From: Methanotrichaceae archaeon
GTDB taxonomy: Archaea; Halobacteriota; Methanosarcinia; Methanotrichales; Methanotrichaceae
NCBI GenBank assembly: GCA_963803145.1
Contig: CAWDLW010000008.1
Span: forward strand, 448,001-512,000
DNA length: 64,000 nt
Reading direction: 5' to 3'
Below are positions 1 through 10,775 of the stretch, piece after piece. Numbering within the stretch: the first letter of the stretch is position 1; each line of letters starts with the position of its first letter. The notes below the pieces were generated by a model. It worked only from the letters and a program-made list of their open reading frames with translations, ran no database searches and had not been told where the DNA came from. A program made the translations under genes and the position numbers.

Positions 1-342
1 GGGCATCAAAAGAAATCATATCTTTATGTGCAAGATTGCATTGATGCTATGAAAATAGCTATAGAAAAATCTCAAAAAAAAGTGAATATATTTAACCTTG
101 GCACGGATGAATATTGCGAGGTGAACGACTCGATCAGATGGATAATTAATCACCTAGAAATTGATCCCGATATTATCTATATGGGTGGAGAACGCGGATG
201 GATTGGAGATAATCCTTTTATATTTCTCAAATGCCAGAAAATGAAATCTCTTGGTTGGGAATCCAATTGCTCTATTAAGGAAAGTATAATAAAAACTTTG
301 AATTATCTTCAAAATAATAAATATTTATTATATGGACGATGA
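1..342 (+). CDS. NAD-dependent epimerase/dehydratase, C-terminal part (begins before the window)
   Basis: Open frame from the window edge; YVQDCIDA...NIFNLG...LGW matches the C-terminus of an extended SDR sugar epimerase; sits in a sugar operon. Confidence 0.8.
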   Translation, partial: GHQKKSYLYVQDCIDAMKIAIEKSQKKVNIFNLGTDEYCEVNDSIRWIINHLEIDPDIIYMGGERGWIGDNPFIFLKCQKMKSLGWESNCSIKESIIKTLNYLQNNKYLLYGR

Positions 343-439
343 ATCTAAACTAATTTAATCAAACGATTAGCAAGGATCTTCGAACTGAATATTATCTGTG
401 ATGGACTTCAGTTGATATAATAAATCACTGGGTGTTGTA

Positions 440-1405
440 ATGAATTCAAAAGATAATAAAAAAAATCCGAAGATATCTGTAATTATTCCTGTAAAAAATG
501 ATGAAATTAAAATTGTTAACTGTCTAGATGCTCTGTGTCAACAATCCTTGAAGCCACATGAAATAATTGTTGTTGATGGACATTCAACTGATAATACGAT
601 CATTAATATAGAAAGATTTCCCGTAAAAATATTCCTAGAAAATTATGGGACGGTTGCGGGCGCAAGACAGATAGGATTATTGAATGCAACTGGAGATTTT
701 GTTGCTTTTACTGATTCCGATTGTATACCTCTAAATAATTGGCTTGAGGAGTTATATGTCGAATTTAAGGATGGTATAATTGGTGTCGGCGGGGGAACTT
801 TATGTTCTGATAAACAATTTTGGAGATCCTCAATTTATCTCTCTTTAAATACTTTTTTTGGAAGTGCCAAATCAATTCAAGATAGATTTTATAAAACTGA
901 AAAAATTGTTAAAAGTATAAGCGGAAGTAATTCTATGTATCGCAGGTCTGATTTATTAAATGTTGGAGGATTTAATATAAATATCGATAAAAAAATAGGT
1001 TCCAGCGAAGATACAGACCTAAATCGTAAACTAATTAAGATTGGAAAATTATTGTATACTCCTAAGGCTCTTGTGGCGCATGACCATAATGAAAATCTAT
1101 CTAAATTTGCGAAGAGAATGTATTTTTGGGGCTTTTTAAGAGCGAAAGATAAATTTTGGGATACTCAAGCAATTCCGCCTTTTTTAGTATTGTTTATTCT
1201 AATAGTTTCGGTTTTCTACAATAATCTTTTTATATATAGCATGGCGTTATATCTATCAATTATTCTAATATATGGTATATTAATTTTTGTTAGGGAAGCA
1301 AAAATTGAGTATGCTATTTCAGTCCCTATCGTTTTTGTTGTCGAACATTTTTTTTATATTATAGGCTTTTGGAGGGGGTTAGTAAAAGCAACATTAAATA
1401 AATGA
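440..1405 (+). CDS. GT2 glycosyltransferase with C-terminal TM helices
   Basis: ISVIIPVKN, VVDGHSTD, FTDSD (DxD) and EDTDL motifs. Confidence 0.92.
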   Translation: MNSKDNKKNPKISVIIPVKNDEIKIVNCLDALCQQSLKPHEIIVVDGHSTDNTIINIERFPVKIFLENYGTVAGARQIGLLNATGDFVAFTDSDCIPLNNWLEELYVEFKDGIIGVGGGTLCSDKQFWRSSIYLSLNTFFGSAKSIQDRFYKTEKIVKSISGSNSMYRRSDLLNVGGFNINIDKKIGSSEDTDLNRKLIKIGKLLYTPKALVAHDHNENLSKFAKRMYFWGFLRAKDKFWDTQAIPPFLVLFILIVSVFYNNLFIYSMALYLSIILIYGILIFVREAKIEYAISVPIVFVVEHFFYIIGFWRGLVKATLNK

Positions 1406-1463
1406 TAAATCAATTCAACATAGATTGCATATATAAGGAAACATTTTAAAGGAGTCGGTTGTC

Positions 1464-2447
1464 TTGATAATCACACGAAGTCCTCTTAGGATTTCACTTG
1501 GCGGTGGAGGTACGGATCTTCCTTCATATTATAGGCAATATGAAGGGTTCCTAATTGCCGCAGCGATTGATAAATATATCTATATTACACTACACGATAC
1601 CTTTTATAAGGAAATTATAATCAGGTACTCTAAAACTGAGCATGTTCGTAGTATCGACGAGATACAGCATCCGATTATAAAAGAGGCGCTTAAACTCTTG
1701 AATATCAATTCCGAAAGCTTTGAGTTATCAAGCTTCGCGGATGTTCCTGCGGGTACTGGGCTAGGATCATCTGGCAGTTTCACATGCGCCCTTCTTAAAG
1801 CATTACATACCTATAATAAGACGTTTATTAAGCCTGATGATCTTGCAGAAGAGGCGTGTCATATAGAAATAGATAGACTTGGCGAACCCGTTGGCAAACA
1901 AGACCAGTACATCTCGGCTTTTGGTGGAATAAATTGTTTTACATTTTGCAAAAATGACGAAGTGATAATCAAAGAGCTTAATATCTCACAGGAAACGTTA
2001 TATAATCTCGAAGATAACTTGCTTCTATTCTTTACTGACCATTTTCATTCTGCTGCATTAGTTCTCAAAGAACAAGATGAAAAAAGTAAGAATAATGATA
2101 TTTCAATGATCGATAATCTCCACTTCGTAAAAGAGCTTGGAAAAAAGAGCAAAATAGCATTAGAGCATGGAGATCTAGAAGAATTTGCCCATTTGATGAA
2201 TATTCATTGGGACTATAAGAAAAAGCGATCTGATTCGATGAGCAACAGCAAGATTAATGCTTGGTATGATATTGCCCTAAAAAAAGGAGCATTAGGTGGA
2301 AAACTTATTGGTGCTGGTGGGGGTGGTTTTTTAATGTTTTATGCAGAGGATAACAAGAAGCTTCGAAAAGCGATGGCTGATGAGGGGCTTCGAGAAATTA
2401 GATTCCGTTTTGATTTTGATGGTAATAAAGTGGTGAATTCTCTATAA
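1464..2447 (+). CDS. hddA: GHMP kinase, D-glycero-D-manno-heptose-7-phosphate kinase-like
   Basis: RSPLRISLGGGGTD, PAGTGLGSSG, GKQDQY and GAGGGGF motifs. Confidence 0.85.
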   Translation: MIITRSPLRISLGGGGTDLPSYYRQYEGFLIAAAIDKYIYITLHDTFYKEIIIRYSKTEHVRSIDEIQHPIIKEALKLLNINSESFELSSFADVPAGTGLGSSGSFTCALLKALHTYNKTFIKPDDLAEEACHIEIDRLGEPVGKQDQYISAFGGINCFTFCKNDEVIIKELNISQETLYNLEDNLLLFFTDHFHSAALVLKEQDEKSKNNDISMIDNLHFVKELGKKSKIALEHGDLEEFAHLMNIHWDYKKKRSDSMSNSKINAWYDIALKKGALGGKLIGAGGGGFLMFYAEDNKKLRKAMADEGLREIRFRFDFDGNKVVNSL

Positions 2448-3151
2448 TGTTGCCTGTTGTAATTCTTTGTGGGGGGCTGGCAACACGTCTCTATCCGGTT
2501 ACACTCACTATCCCGAAACCATTGATTGAGATTGATGGGAAGCCATTTATCCATCATCAGCTGAAACTTCTTAAGGAAAAAGGTGTTAAAAAGGTTTTTC
2601 TTTGCACTGGCTATCTTAGCGAAATGATCGAAGACTATGTAGATGATGGATCATTATGGGGACTTGATATCGAATATTCATATGATGGAGATACTTTACT
2701 TGGAACAGGTGGCGCAATAAAAAAGTTGACAAACATATTACCTGAATCATTCTTGGTACTATATGGCGATTCTTATCTAAATATTGATTTTGAATATGTA
2801 GTAAAGTGCTTTTATTCGTATGATTTCCCTGTTTTAATGACTATCTATAAAAACAAAAACAAATTCGATATTAGCAATATTGCTGTAAGCAATGGAAAGG
2901 TCATAAGGTACGATAAAAGGACTCCTGACATAACCCTGAATTATATAGATTATGGTTTAATCGCATTACAGCGGAAAATTTTTGAGAAATGTCCTTCAAA
3001 CGAACCGTTTGATCTTTCGCTCTTACTTTCTAGGATGGTGGATTTAGGACAGGTAGCCGCGCTTGAAATATATAATCGTTTTTATGAAATTGGGTCTATT
3101 CAAGGAATTAAAGAAACTGAGACTTATATCCGAAATTGTACATTTCGTTAG
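2447..3151 (+). CDS. hddC: Sugar-1-phosphate nucleotidyltransferase (heptose-1-P guanylyltransferase-like)
   Basis: ILCGGLATRL...PKPL, LGTGGA and YGDSY motifs; coupled to the kinase by TAATG. Confidence 0.8.
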   Translation: MLPVVILCGGLATRLYPVTLTIPKPLIEIDGKPFIHHQLKLLKEKGVKKVFLCTGYLSEMIEDYVDDGSLWGLDIEYSYDGDTLLGTGGAIKKLTNILPESFLVLYGDSYLNIDFEYVVKCFYSYDFPVLMTIYKNKNKFDISNIAVSNGKVIRYDKRTPDITLNYIDYGLIALQRKIFEKCPSNEPFDLSLLLSRMVDLGQVAALEIYNRFYEIGSIQGIKETETYIRNCTFR

Positions 3152-3214
3152 TCAAACGAGCATACTTTGCCATAAGGTTAAGGTTCTCGATTTTAAAAAA
3201 AGGGGTGAGTATTC

Positions 3215-3820
3215 ATGAAGGAAGATGAATATATATCAGCATTTCTAGAGGATGCCATTACAATCATCCAAAAAATTGATCGTACTCAAATAATGAATAT
3301 GTCAAATATACTCCAAAATATTCGTGCACATGAAGGAAGACTATTTATCCTTGGTGTTGGAGGAGGCGCTGGCAATGCATCGCATGCCGTAAACGATTTT
3401 CGAAAGATCACAGGTATAGAATCATATACTCCAACTGATAATGTTTCTGAGCTAACCGCTCGCATCAATGATGATGGATGGGAAACGATTTTCGAAAACT
3501 GGCTAAAAGGAAGCCGGCTTAACTCAAATGATTGCATTTTGGTATTTTCAGTTGGAGGAGGAAATGCAGAAAAAAATGTTAGTGTGAATCTAGTGAATGC
3601 CCTGCAATATGCAAAAGATAAGGGAGCAAAAGTAGTTGGTGTTGTAGGAAGGGATGGTGGCTATACAGCTAAAGTCGCTGATGCTTGCGTAATTATCCCA
3701 ACGGTAAATGAGAAGACTATAACCCCGCAGACTGAGGCATTTCAGGCGGTGATCTGGCATATGATTGTTTCAAATCCAGCTTTACAAAAATTTGAAATGA
3801 AATGGGAAAGCACAAAATAA
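3215..3820 (+). CDS. gmhA: SIS-domain phosphoheptose isomerase
   Basis: GVGGGAGNASH, TARIND and QTEAFQ motifs; operon context. Confidence 0.8.
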   Translation: MKEDEYISAFLEDAITIIQKIDRTQIMNMSNILQNIRAHEGRLFILGVGGGAGNASHAVNDFRKITGIESYTPTDNVSELTARINDDGWETIFENWLKGSRLNSNDCILVFSVGGGNAEKNVSVNLVNALQYAKDKGAKVVGVVGRDGGYTAKVADACVIIPTVNEKTITPQTEAFQAVIWHMIVSNPALQKFEMKWESTK

Positions 3821-3832
3821 TATAGATTAGAG

Positions 3833-4405
3833 ATGAAACCTGCAATTTTTCTTGATCGTGATGGGGTTATTAATAATCTGGTATTTAATGGTGTTACTGG
3901 TGAATATGAACCTCCGCATAACTCTGATGATCTATTATTGTGCACTCACGCTATAGAATCACTTCAATTACTTCAAGATTCTGGCTTTGAGCTTTTTCTT
4001 GTTTCTAATCAGCCAGATTTTGCAAAAGGTAAAACGACATTAGAAAATTTACACGCAGTTCATAGTTATCTTGATTGTTTATTGAAATCCAATAATATTT
4101 TCTTTAGTGAATATTATTACTGTTACCATCACCCAAATGGTATCGTTCCAGAATATTCGGTTGATTGTATATGCCGGAAGCCTAAACCATACTTTCTTCA
4201 ATGTGCAGCAAAACAGTATGATATAGATCTCTTACAATCATGGATGGTAGGTGACCGGGATACTGATGTTAAGTGCGGTAATGCTGCAGGAACCCAGACA
4301 ATCTTGATTGAAGAGCCGCTATCATCGAAGTATAGGGGGTCTAGTCTTCCCGATTATAGTGCTGCAAGTCTAGCAGGTGCAATAAATATAATAGTTCATG
4401 ATTGA
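3833..4405 (+). CDS. gmhB: HAD-IIIA heptose-1,7-bisphosphate phosphatase
   Basis: FLDRDGVIN, SNQ, CxH...CxCRKP and MVGDRDTD motifs. Confidence 0.88.
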   Translation: MKPAIFLDRDGVINNLVFNGVTGEYEPPHNSDDLLLCTHAIESLQLLQDSGFELFLVSNQPDFAKGKTTLENLHAVHSYLDCLLKSNNIFFSEYYYCYHHPNGIVPEYSVDCICRKPKPYFLQCAAKQYDIDLLQSWMVGDRDTDVKCGNAAGTQTILIEEPLSSKYRGSSLPDYSAASLAGAINIIVHD

Positions 4406-4432
4406 ATTTGTCGTTATTTGAGAGGAGATATT

Positions 4433-5161
4433 ATGAATTCTATGAAAGGATTGCCGCAATTTAGGATTAAGCTCTATGCGGATGGAGCTGATTTGAATAG
4501 CATGAATGAGGAATACAAAAAAGGGATCGTAAGCGGTTTTACAACCAATCCTACCCTTATGAAAAAAGCTGGGGTCAAGAATTATGAGGAATTTGCAAAG
4601 GCTGCCCTGGAGGCAATTCCTGACCTACCTATCTCGTTCGAAGTGTTTTCCGATGACATTCAGATCATGGAGATGGAAGCAAGGAAAATTGCAGATTGGG
4701 GCGATAATGTTTATATTAAGATCCCAGTAACGAATACAAAGGGAATAAGCACTACTGCAATTGTGAAAAAACTTTCCCAGGATGGCTTAAAGCTAAATGT
4801 AACGGCAATCCTGACACTCGACCAAGTTAAATCTGTTGCCAAAGTGCTCTCCTATGAGACTTCGAGTATCGTATCTGTATTTGCAGGTCGAATTGCTGAT
4901 ACGGGAAGGGATCCTGTACCGATCATGAAAGAGGCAGTGAAAATTCTTAAACCGAACCCAAAGTCTGAACTCCTTTGGGCAAGTACAAGAGAATTGCTCA
5001 ATCTTGCTCAGGCGGAATCATGTGGATGTCACATTATCACAATAACTAATGATATCCTAAAGAAAATACCTCTTATCGGCAGAGATCTTTCAGATATTTC
5101 CCTAGAAACTGTTCAGATGTTTTATAACGATGCACAAAATGCCGGATATAAGATTTTTTAA
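4433..5161 (+). CDS. tal: Transaldolase (short type)
   Basis: GFTTNPT, YIKIP, NVTA, SVFAGR and LLWAS motifs; GAGG RBS favours the ATG at 4433. Confidence 0.88.
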   Translation: MNSMKGLPQFRIKLYADGADLNSMNEEYKKGIVSGFTTNPTLMKKAGVKNYEEFAKAALEAIPDLPISFEVFSDDIQIMEMEARKIADWGDNVYIKIPVTNTKGISTTAIVKKLSQDGLKLNVTAILTLDQVKSVAKVLSYETSSIVSVFAGRIADTGRDPVPIMKEAVKILKPNPKSELLWASTRELLNLAQAESCGCHIITITNDILKKIPLIGRDLSDISLETVQMFYNDAQNAGYKIF

Positions 5162-5219
5162 TTTTCTTGCATTTCTGAAATGTATTATCCGGCTAAGTAT
5201 GGAATAGGGCCCATCCCTA

Positions 5220-5575
5220 GAGGATTCCTATAAACCTATGTCATATTATAATCGAGAGTATTAAATGCCATAAATAGTATTTATTTCCATGTATTCTTTA
5301 TTAAATGAGTATTGAAAAATCTAAATGCGAAGCAAGAAAGACCCAAATTATGCTAAATATCTGAATTAATCGATTGGGCGCTCTCAGGTTAGATTTTCAC
5401 TGTACTGGATATCATAAGCTTTGCTCGGCGCACTGGTAGCTCAATCTCTTTGCGAAGTTGCTCTATTGTTCCTCCTTCGTTCATAATCCCCAATGAATTG
5501 GTATCCGCGTCTCATTATTTAATTCTTCTGATGATTGCATTCAGAGCAAATCTGAGAGGGAGCTAAACACATACC
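5220..5575. mobile_element. IS remnants: IS5 left end plus an IS66-type end
   Basis: GAGGATTCCTATAAACCTA at 5220 matches the IS5 end at 60377 and is followed by a degenerate transposase start; AGCTAAACACATAC near 5561-5574 matches the IS66 TIR. Confidence 0.7.
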
Positions 5576-5792
5576 ATATTTTGTTAAGACCACTTATATG
5601 GAATTGATAGAAGCTACTTTCTGCCCATAGTCAGGATAACATTTATGCAGCAACAAAATGATGAAACCCATATTTGACCTCATAACTATTCCTTAGAATG
5701 AGGGATATATAATCATTTATCTGTGTATAATATTCGTTTTTTTAAAATATAAAAATTATTATTAATAACCTATAATCGTTTAAACCAAATAA

Positions 5793-6974
5793 TTGCTCAT
5801 TATAGAAAGCTGTTTATTATTATTAAAAAAGAATAAGGAGATCTGTTTTGTGTTTAAAGTGGCTTTTGTAAGATCAGGACCTGTTGCCCCTGAGCCCCGA
5901 GTAGAAAAAGATGCAATTGCACTGGGTAAGAACGGATATATTGTTGATATCTTGGGCTGGGATAGGACATGCACTGAAAAAAAAATTGAAAAAAAACCAT
6001 ATTATACAATAAAAAGAATTAATCTCAAAGCTCCTTTTGGAAAACCTTCATTAATTCCTAAATTAATATGTTGGTCTCTGCTCGAAATGATTTATTTATT
6101 TAGATCTAATGCCGACATAATACACGCATGTGATCTCGATACATTGATTCCTGCATTAATTGTGTCGAAATTGAAAAAAAAACTAGTAGTTTATGATTCT
6201 TTTGATTTTTATGCGCATGGTATTTCAAATAGGATCCCTAAAATTCTAATGAATTTATTGGAATATTTAGAAATAATTAGTGCTATGCATTCAGATTATG
6301 TCATTTTAGCTGATGAATCAAGAATAGAACAGTTTAAATTTAAATTAAAAAAATTTATAACCATAGTAAATAGTCCAGATTTAGATAATGCCATTAAATT
6401 TAAAGATGAAACTAATTCACAATTTACAATATTTTATGGCGGAATTTTAGATAAAAATAGAGGTCTAAATCAATTGATAGAAGCCGTCGAAGGACTGTCT
6501 GATGTATCCATAAGAATAGCAGGATACGGCTTGCATGAAGATTATTTATTAAAAGAATTTAATAAATCTAATAGAATAGTGTTTTTAGGAAAGATTCCAT
6601 ATGAAAAGATAATTAAAGAGACATTAGAATGTGATTTAGTCTATGCATTGTATAATCCTCTTATAATAAATAATAAATATGCCAGTCCAAATAAATTGTT
6701 TGAGGCCATGATGTGCAAAAAACCAATAATTGTAAGTAAGTATACTAATATGGCAAAGATAGTTGAGGATGAAAAATGTGGACTTTTAGTTGACTATAAT
6801 AACATTAACGAGCTAAGAAATGCTGTTATTATATTGAAAGAAAATGTTAATTTACGCAATGAGCTCGGTCAAAATGGTAGAGAATCATATGATGCAAAGT
6901 ATAATTGGCAAATAATGGAATCCAAATTGCTCTCGATGTATTCAAATTTATTAGAAGGATATTGTCGAAATTAA
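5793..6974 (+). CDS. GT4 glycosyltransferase (true start may be the GTG near 5850)
   Basis: PRVEK, IIHACDLD and SPNKLFEAM motifs; GT-B pattern. Confidence 0.9.
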   Translation: MLIIESCLLLLKKNKEICFVFKVAFVRSGPVAPEPRVEKDAIALGKNGYIVDILGWDRTCTEKKIEKKPYYTIKRINLKAPFGKPSLIPKLICWSLLEMIYLFRSNADIIHACDLDTLIPALIVSKLKKKLVVYDSFDFYAHGISNRIPKILMNLLEYLEIISAMHSDYVILADESRIEQFKFKLKKFITIVNSPDLDNAIKFKDETNSQFTIFYGGILDKNRGLNQLIEAVEGLSDVSIRIAGYGLHEDYLLKEFNKSNRIVFLGKIPYEKIIKETLECDLVYALYNPLIINNKYASPNKLFEAMMCKKPIIVSKYTNMAKIVEDEKCGLLVDYNNINELRNAVIILKENVNLRNELGQNGRESYDAKYNWQIMESKLLSMYSNLLEGYCRN

Positions 6975-6994
6975 CTTGCCAGATAGAGGTGTGT

Positions 6995-7090
6995 ATGGAT
7001 GGCTCGATAACATCTATAATTACTCTGCTTTTAATGCAGAGCATTTTATTGAAGAAACTTTGCAAAGCATAATCAATCAAGATTATATCA
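6995..7090 (+). pseudogene. GT2 5' fragment, frameshifted and cut by IS110
   Basis: ATG after GAGGTG; reads SII(TP)AFNAEHFIEETLQSIINQDY with a 1-nt frameshift, then the IS110 end begins. Confidence 0.7.
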
Positions 7091-8470
7091 AACGCCCATG
7101 ACCCCCTCGGACACCCATGAGAATGAAAATGCGCCCTCACATATATCTGGTCTTGGCCCATATATCAATGATGAGATAGGCAATAAAGGGCGATTTGAAG
7201 TTGGAGGGATCGACGCATCCCCGCTGTACTAAACTGCACCTAGCAACTCTTAGAACCCATGAATGTCGCCAATGCATAGCACATGGATCATTTGATAAAC
7301 CATCTATCTACGAGCTAAGAACCTTTTCAACCATGACATCAGACCTTGAAGCTCTGAAGTCGTGGCTAAAAAGATATGAAGTAACTGCAATTGCGATGGA
7401 AAGCACCGGAGTCTATTGGAAACCGATCTTCAACATAATGGGAGGATGAATTCGGCATACTCCTAGCCCATCCTCAGCATATCAAATCCCTCCGCAGAAA
7501 CAAGACCGATATCAAGGATTGCAAATGGATTGCCGATTTGCTCAGGCATGGATTGGTTCCAAGGAGCTTCATACCACCAAAAAGGGATCCGAGAGCTGCG
7601 AGACCTTAACCGGACTCGAAGAAAGCTTATTGGAATGATGGCATCAGAGAAGAACCGAGTAATTAAGGTATTAGAGGATGCTAATATTAAACTCAGCTCT
7701 GTCGTTACCAAGATCTATGGGGTCTCTTCCTTGAACATGATCCAAGCTCTGCTGGAAAAGGACAATCTTTCAAGAGAGGAAATCGCTGATATGGCGAAAG
7801 GCAAGCTTAAAAAGAAAACCGATCTCCTCGTGAAAGCTCTTGATGGAAGGGTCACTGATCATCACAGGTTCCTATTGAGATTGCATCTGGATAACATCGA
7901 ATATCTTTCTTGCCAGATAGGAAAGATTGACGAAGAGATTCAGCATAAGATGGCCCCTTTTCAAGAAAAGTCGAAGGTGACCTAGACGATTCCAGGAATC
8001 AGTGAAATCAATGCGTAAGCGATCCTGGCAGAGATTGGTATTGATATGTCACAGTTTCCGGACGAAGCGCATCTGTCCGCCTGGGCTGGTATATGCCCTG
8101 GAATCCATGAGAGCGCAGGTAAAAAGAAAAGTGGTAAAACACAAAAAGGCAACTCTTTTCTCAAGGGAACCTTGATCGAAGCTGCATGGGCCGAATCTAG
8201 AACCAAGGGTTCTGCTTATAGCGCCATCTATCATAATATCGCTAGACGCAGAGGAAGAAAGAGAGCTCTTGCGGCCGTTGCACATCGCTTGCTCATTGAT
8301 AGTTATCGCATCCTTAAGACAGGAGAGCCTTATCAGGAAATAGGAGCTGAAGTGGTTTACGAGAGATCAATAAAGAGAAGAGAGAAATCGATGATTAGAT
8401 CGCTCGAGCTTGTTGGATATACTATTACAGAGGCAGTTATTGCATAGAGGATATGAGTCATTTTCATATC
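7089..8470 (+). mobile_element. IS110-family element with disrupted transposase
   Basis: Fragments AMESTGVYW, KTD, RELRDLNRTR and AGICPG.HESAGK spread over three ORFs with frameshifts and stops; left end AAACGCCCATGA is shared with the IS110 at 42.3-43.9 kb. Confidence 0.9.
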
Positions 8471-8556
8471 AATCAAAGGAATTGGATAATATGTTATTTT
8501 AATTATATGATATTTTAATAGTGTCCAAATAATGAAAAAGAGGCTATTACACATTT

Positions 8557-9552
8557 ATGGAAACTTATAAAAACAAAGGCAAAAGACAACCATCACGCGT
8601 ATCGGTCATATGCACAGTAAAGAATGAAGAAGAAAATATTAAGAGCTTTTTAGACTCTCTTATTAATCAATCTAGGATACCGGATGAGATAGTGATTGTT
8701 GATGGAGGTTCAACAGATAGGACGATAGAGTTATTAAACGTTGAAGTTGATAAACACAATATGATAAAATTATTTGTGGAGGAAAAGGCGAATATTGCTA
8801 AAGGTCGAAACATTGCAATAAATATTGCAAAACATGAGATAATAGCAGTGACTGATGCGGGATGTATTCTTGACAGAAATTGGCTAAGGAATATAATACT
8901 CCCTTTAGAAAACGATAACTCGATCGATATTGTCTCAGGATGGTATGAAAAGGCTCCAGGAACTAAATTTCAACAATTGGTAGCCAGTTTAACATATTAT
9001 TCATTAGATAAAATTTTAAAAGATCCAGACAAGTTTCTTCCATCAAGCAGATCAATTGCCTTTAGGAAAAATGCTTGGGCTGAAGTACGAGGATATCCTG
9101 AGCATCTCAAAACCGCTGAAGATACGTTATTTGATATAAATTTAAAAAAACTTGGCAAAAATTTTTATTTCGCTCCCAATGCGATCGTTTATTGGATTCC
9201 TAGCACCAATCTTAAAAATTTATTTACAAAACACTATAATTATAGTTTAGGAGATGGCACCGCAGGATTGTTTCCTTTTGCTTATTTTTTGTCAATTCAC
9301 TTGCCTTTTTTTATAATTTTGGTTTTAAGTATTATAGGTTTTTTTGACAATAATTTTCGGGAAATACTTTTCCTATTTTTGATAGCATATCTTATCTCTT
9401 ATCTCTATATTCATAACTTCAAAGCTTTTAAAGTTACGGATTCATCTACTATTACTCTGATAATATTAACTGTTTGTATCGCTAAATTTTTGGGCTATTC
9501 TGAAGGCGTGTTAAGAAGATATCTTATGGCTATTAAAGGATATTTGTTATGA
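8557..9552 (+). CDS. GT2 glycosyltransferase
   Basis: VSVICTVKNE, VDGGSTD, TDAG and AEDTLF motifs. Confidence 0.92.
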   Translation: METYKNKGKRQPSRVSVICTVKNEEENIKSFLDSLINQSRIPDEIVIVDGGSTDRTIELLNVEVDKHNMIKLFVEEKANIAKGRNIAINIAKHEIIAVTDAGCILDRNWLRNIILPLENDNSIDIVSGWYEKAPGTKFQQLVASLTYYSLDKILKDPDKFLPSSRSIAFRKNAWAEVRGYPEHLKTAEDTLFDINLKKLGKNFYFAPNAIVYWIPSTNLKNLFTKHYNYSLGDGTAGLFPFAYFLSIHLPFFIILVLSIIGFFDNNFREILFLFLIAYLISYLYIHNFKAFKVTDSSTITLIILTVCIAKFLGYSEGVLRRYLMAIKGYLL

Positions 9553-10775
9553 GAGAAAAAATAAAAGTTGCATATGTGATGCCTCATGCATATGAATATT
9601 ATTACCCTAAAGAAGTTAGTAATTTTACATCACCTGATGAGTTTGATAAGAAAATATTATGCTATAAAGAAGACTATGAAGATAGATATTGTATAGCATC
9701 ACTTTTAGCCAATATAGACCCTACATTATATTATTTTTCGAATTTAGGGAAGAAGCCATCAGAATTTATGCATAATAAAGGTTATAAGATGAAAAAGGTG
9801 CCAGTTCCCTATAAATTTGGCCGATATGGAGCATATGGTTGGGAATTTCCCCTCTCTATGTTAAAGGATCTATCAAATAATAATTTCGATTTAGTTTTTG
9901 TTTTTTCATACGCGCTTAATTATTTGCCCATTATAGATATGTATGATATTATAGCATATAAATGCAGAAAAACTAAAATGCCACTTATAGCCAGAAATGG
10001 AGGTGGGACCGCAAAATTCACATTTAGGGGAGTTCCTTTAGTATACAAACAATTGATAAAAAAAATAACATTGAATTATGCTAATAAAATAATTGTTCCT
10101 AATATAAACGAAATAAAGGTATTACAAGATAATTTTAAGATAGATCGGAATAAGATATTAAATATTCTTAATCCGATAGATTTATCGAATTTTTATGAGA
10201 TAAATAAAACTCACGCCGCAAAAAAATTGAGAAAAGATTCCTCATATAGATATATCTTATACGTCGGAAAGCTTCATAAGCTTAAAGGATTACATCACCT
10301 AATAAACGTATTTTCTAGGTTAATTAAATTATATCCTGATTTGCGATTATTAATAGTGGGCCACGGTCCGTTTGAACAAGAATTACGTAGATTCGTAGCT
10401 GAAAAAAAAATGCAAAATTATGTATCCTTTGAAGGATTAATATTTCATGATATACTTAAATATTATTATAATATTGCTGAAGTACTCGTACTTCCATCTT
10501 ATGGCGAAGGTGTTCCAAATGTGCTACAAGAAGCCATAGCCTGTAAAACGCCTTGTATTAGTACTTGTGTAGGCGGGGTTCCTGATCTGCTCTCAAATAA
10601 TATCGGGATCATAATACCGCCAAAGGATGAAACAGAGCTTTTAAGGTCTTTAATTGAAATATTAGATGGCAATTTCCATATAAACGAAAAAAAAAGAATT
10701 GAATTATTACATAAGTGGGATATAAATTCTTTTGGATATGTGCTGAGAGATATTTATGAAGAAATATTATTTTGA
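9549..10775 (+). CDS. GT4 glycosyltransferase
   Basis: YVGKL...KG and EGVPNVLQEAIAC (EX7E) motifs. Confidence 0.92.
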   Translation: MREKIKVAYVMPHAYEYYYPKEVSNFTSPDEFDKKILCYKEDYEDRYCIASLLANIDPTLYYFSNLGKKPSEFMHNKGYKMKKVPVPYKFGRYGAYGWEFPLSMLKDLSNNNFDLVFVFSYALNYLPIIDMYDIIAYKCRKTKMPLIARNGGGTAKFTFRGVPLVYKQLIKKITLNYANKIIVPNINEIKVLQDNFKIDRNKILNILNPIDLSNFYEINKTHAAKKLRKDSSYRYILYVGKLHKLKGLHHLINVFSRLIKLYPDLRLLIVGHGPFEQELRRFVAEKKMQNYVSFEGLIFHDILKYYYNIAEVLVLPSYGEGVPNVLQEAIACKTPCISTCVGGVPDLLSNNIGIIIPPKDETELLRSLIEILDGNFHINEKKRIELLHKWDINSFGYVLRDIYEEILF

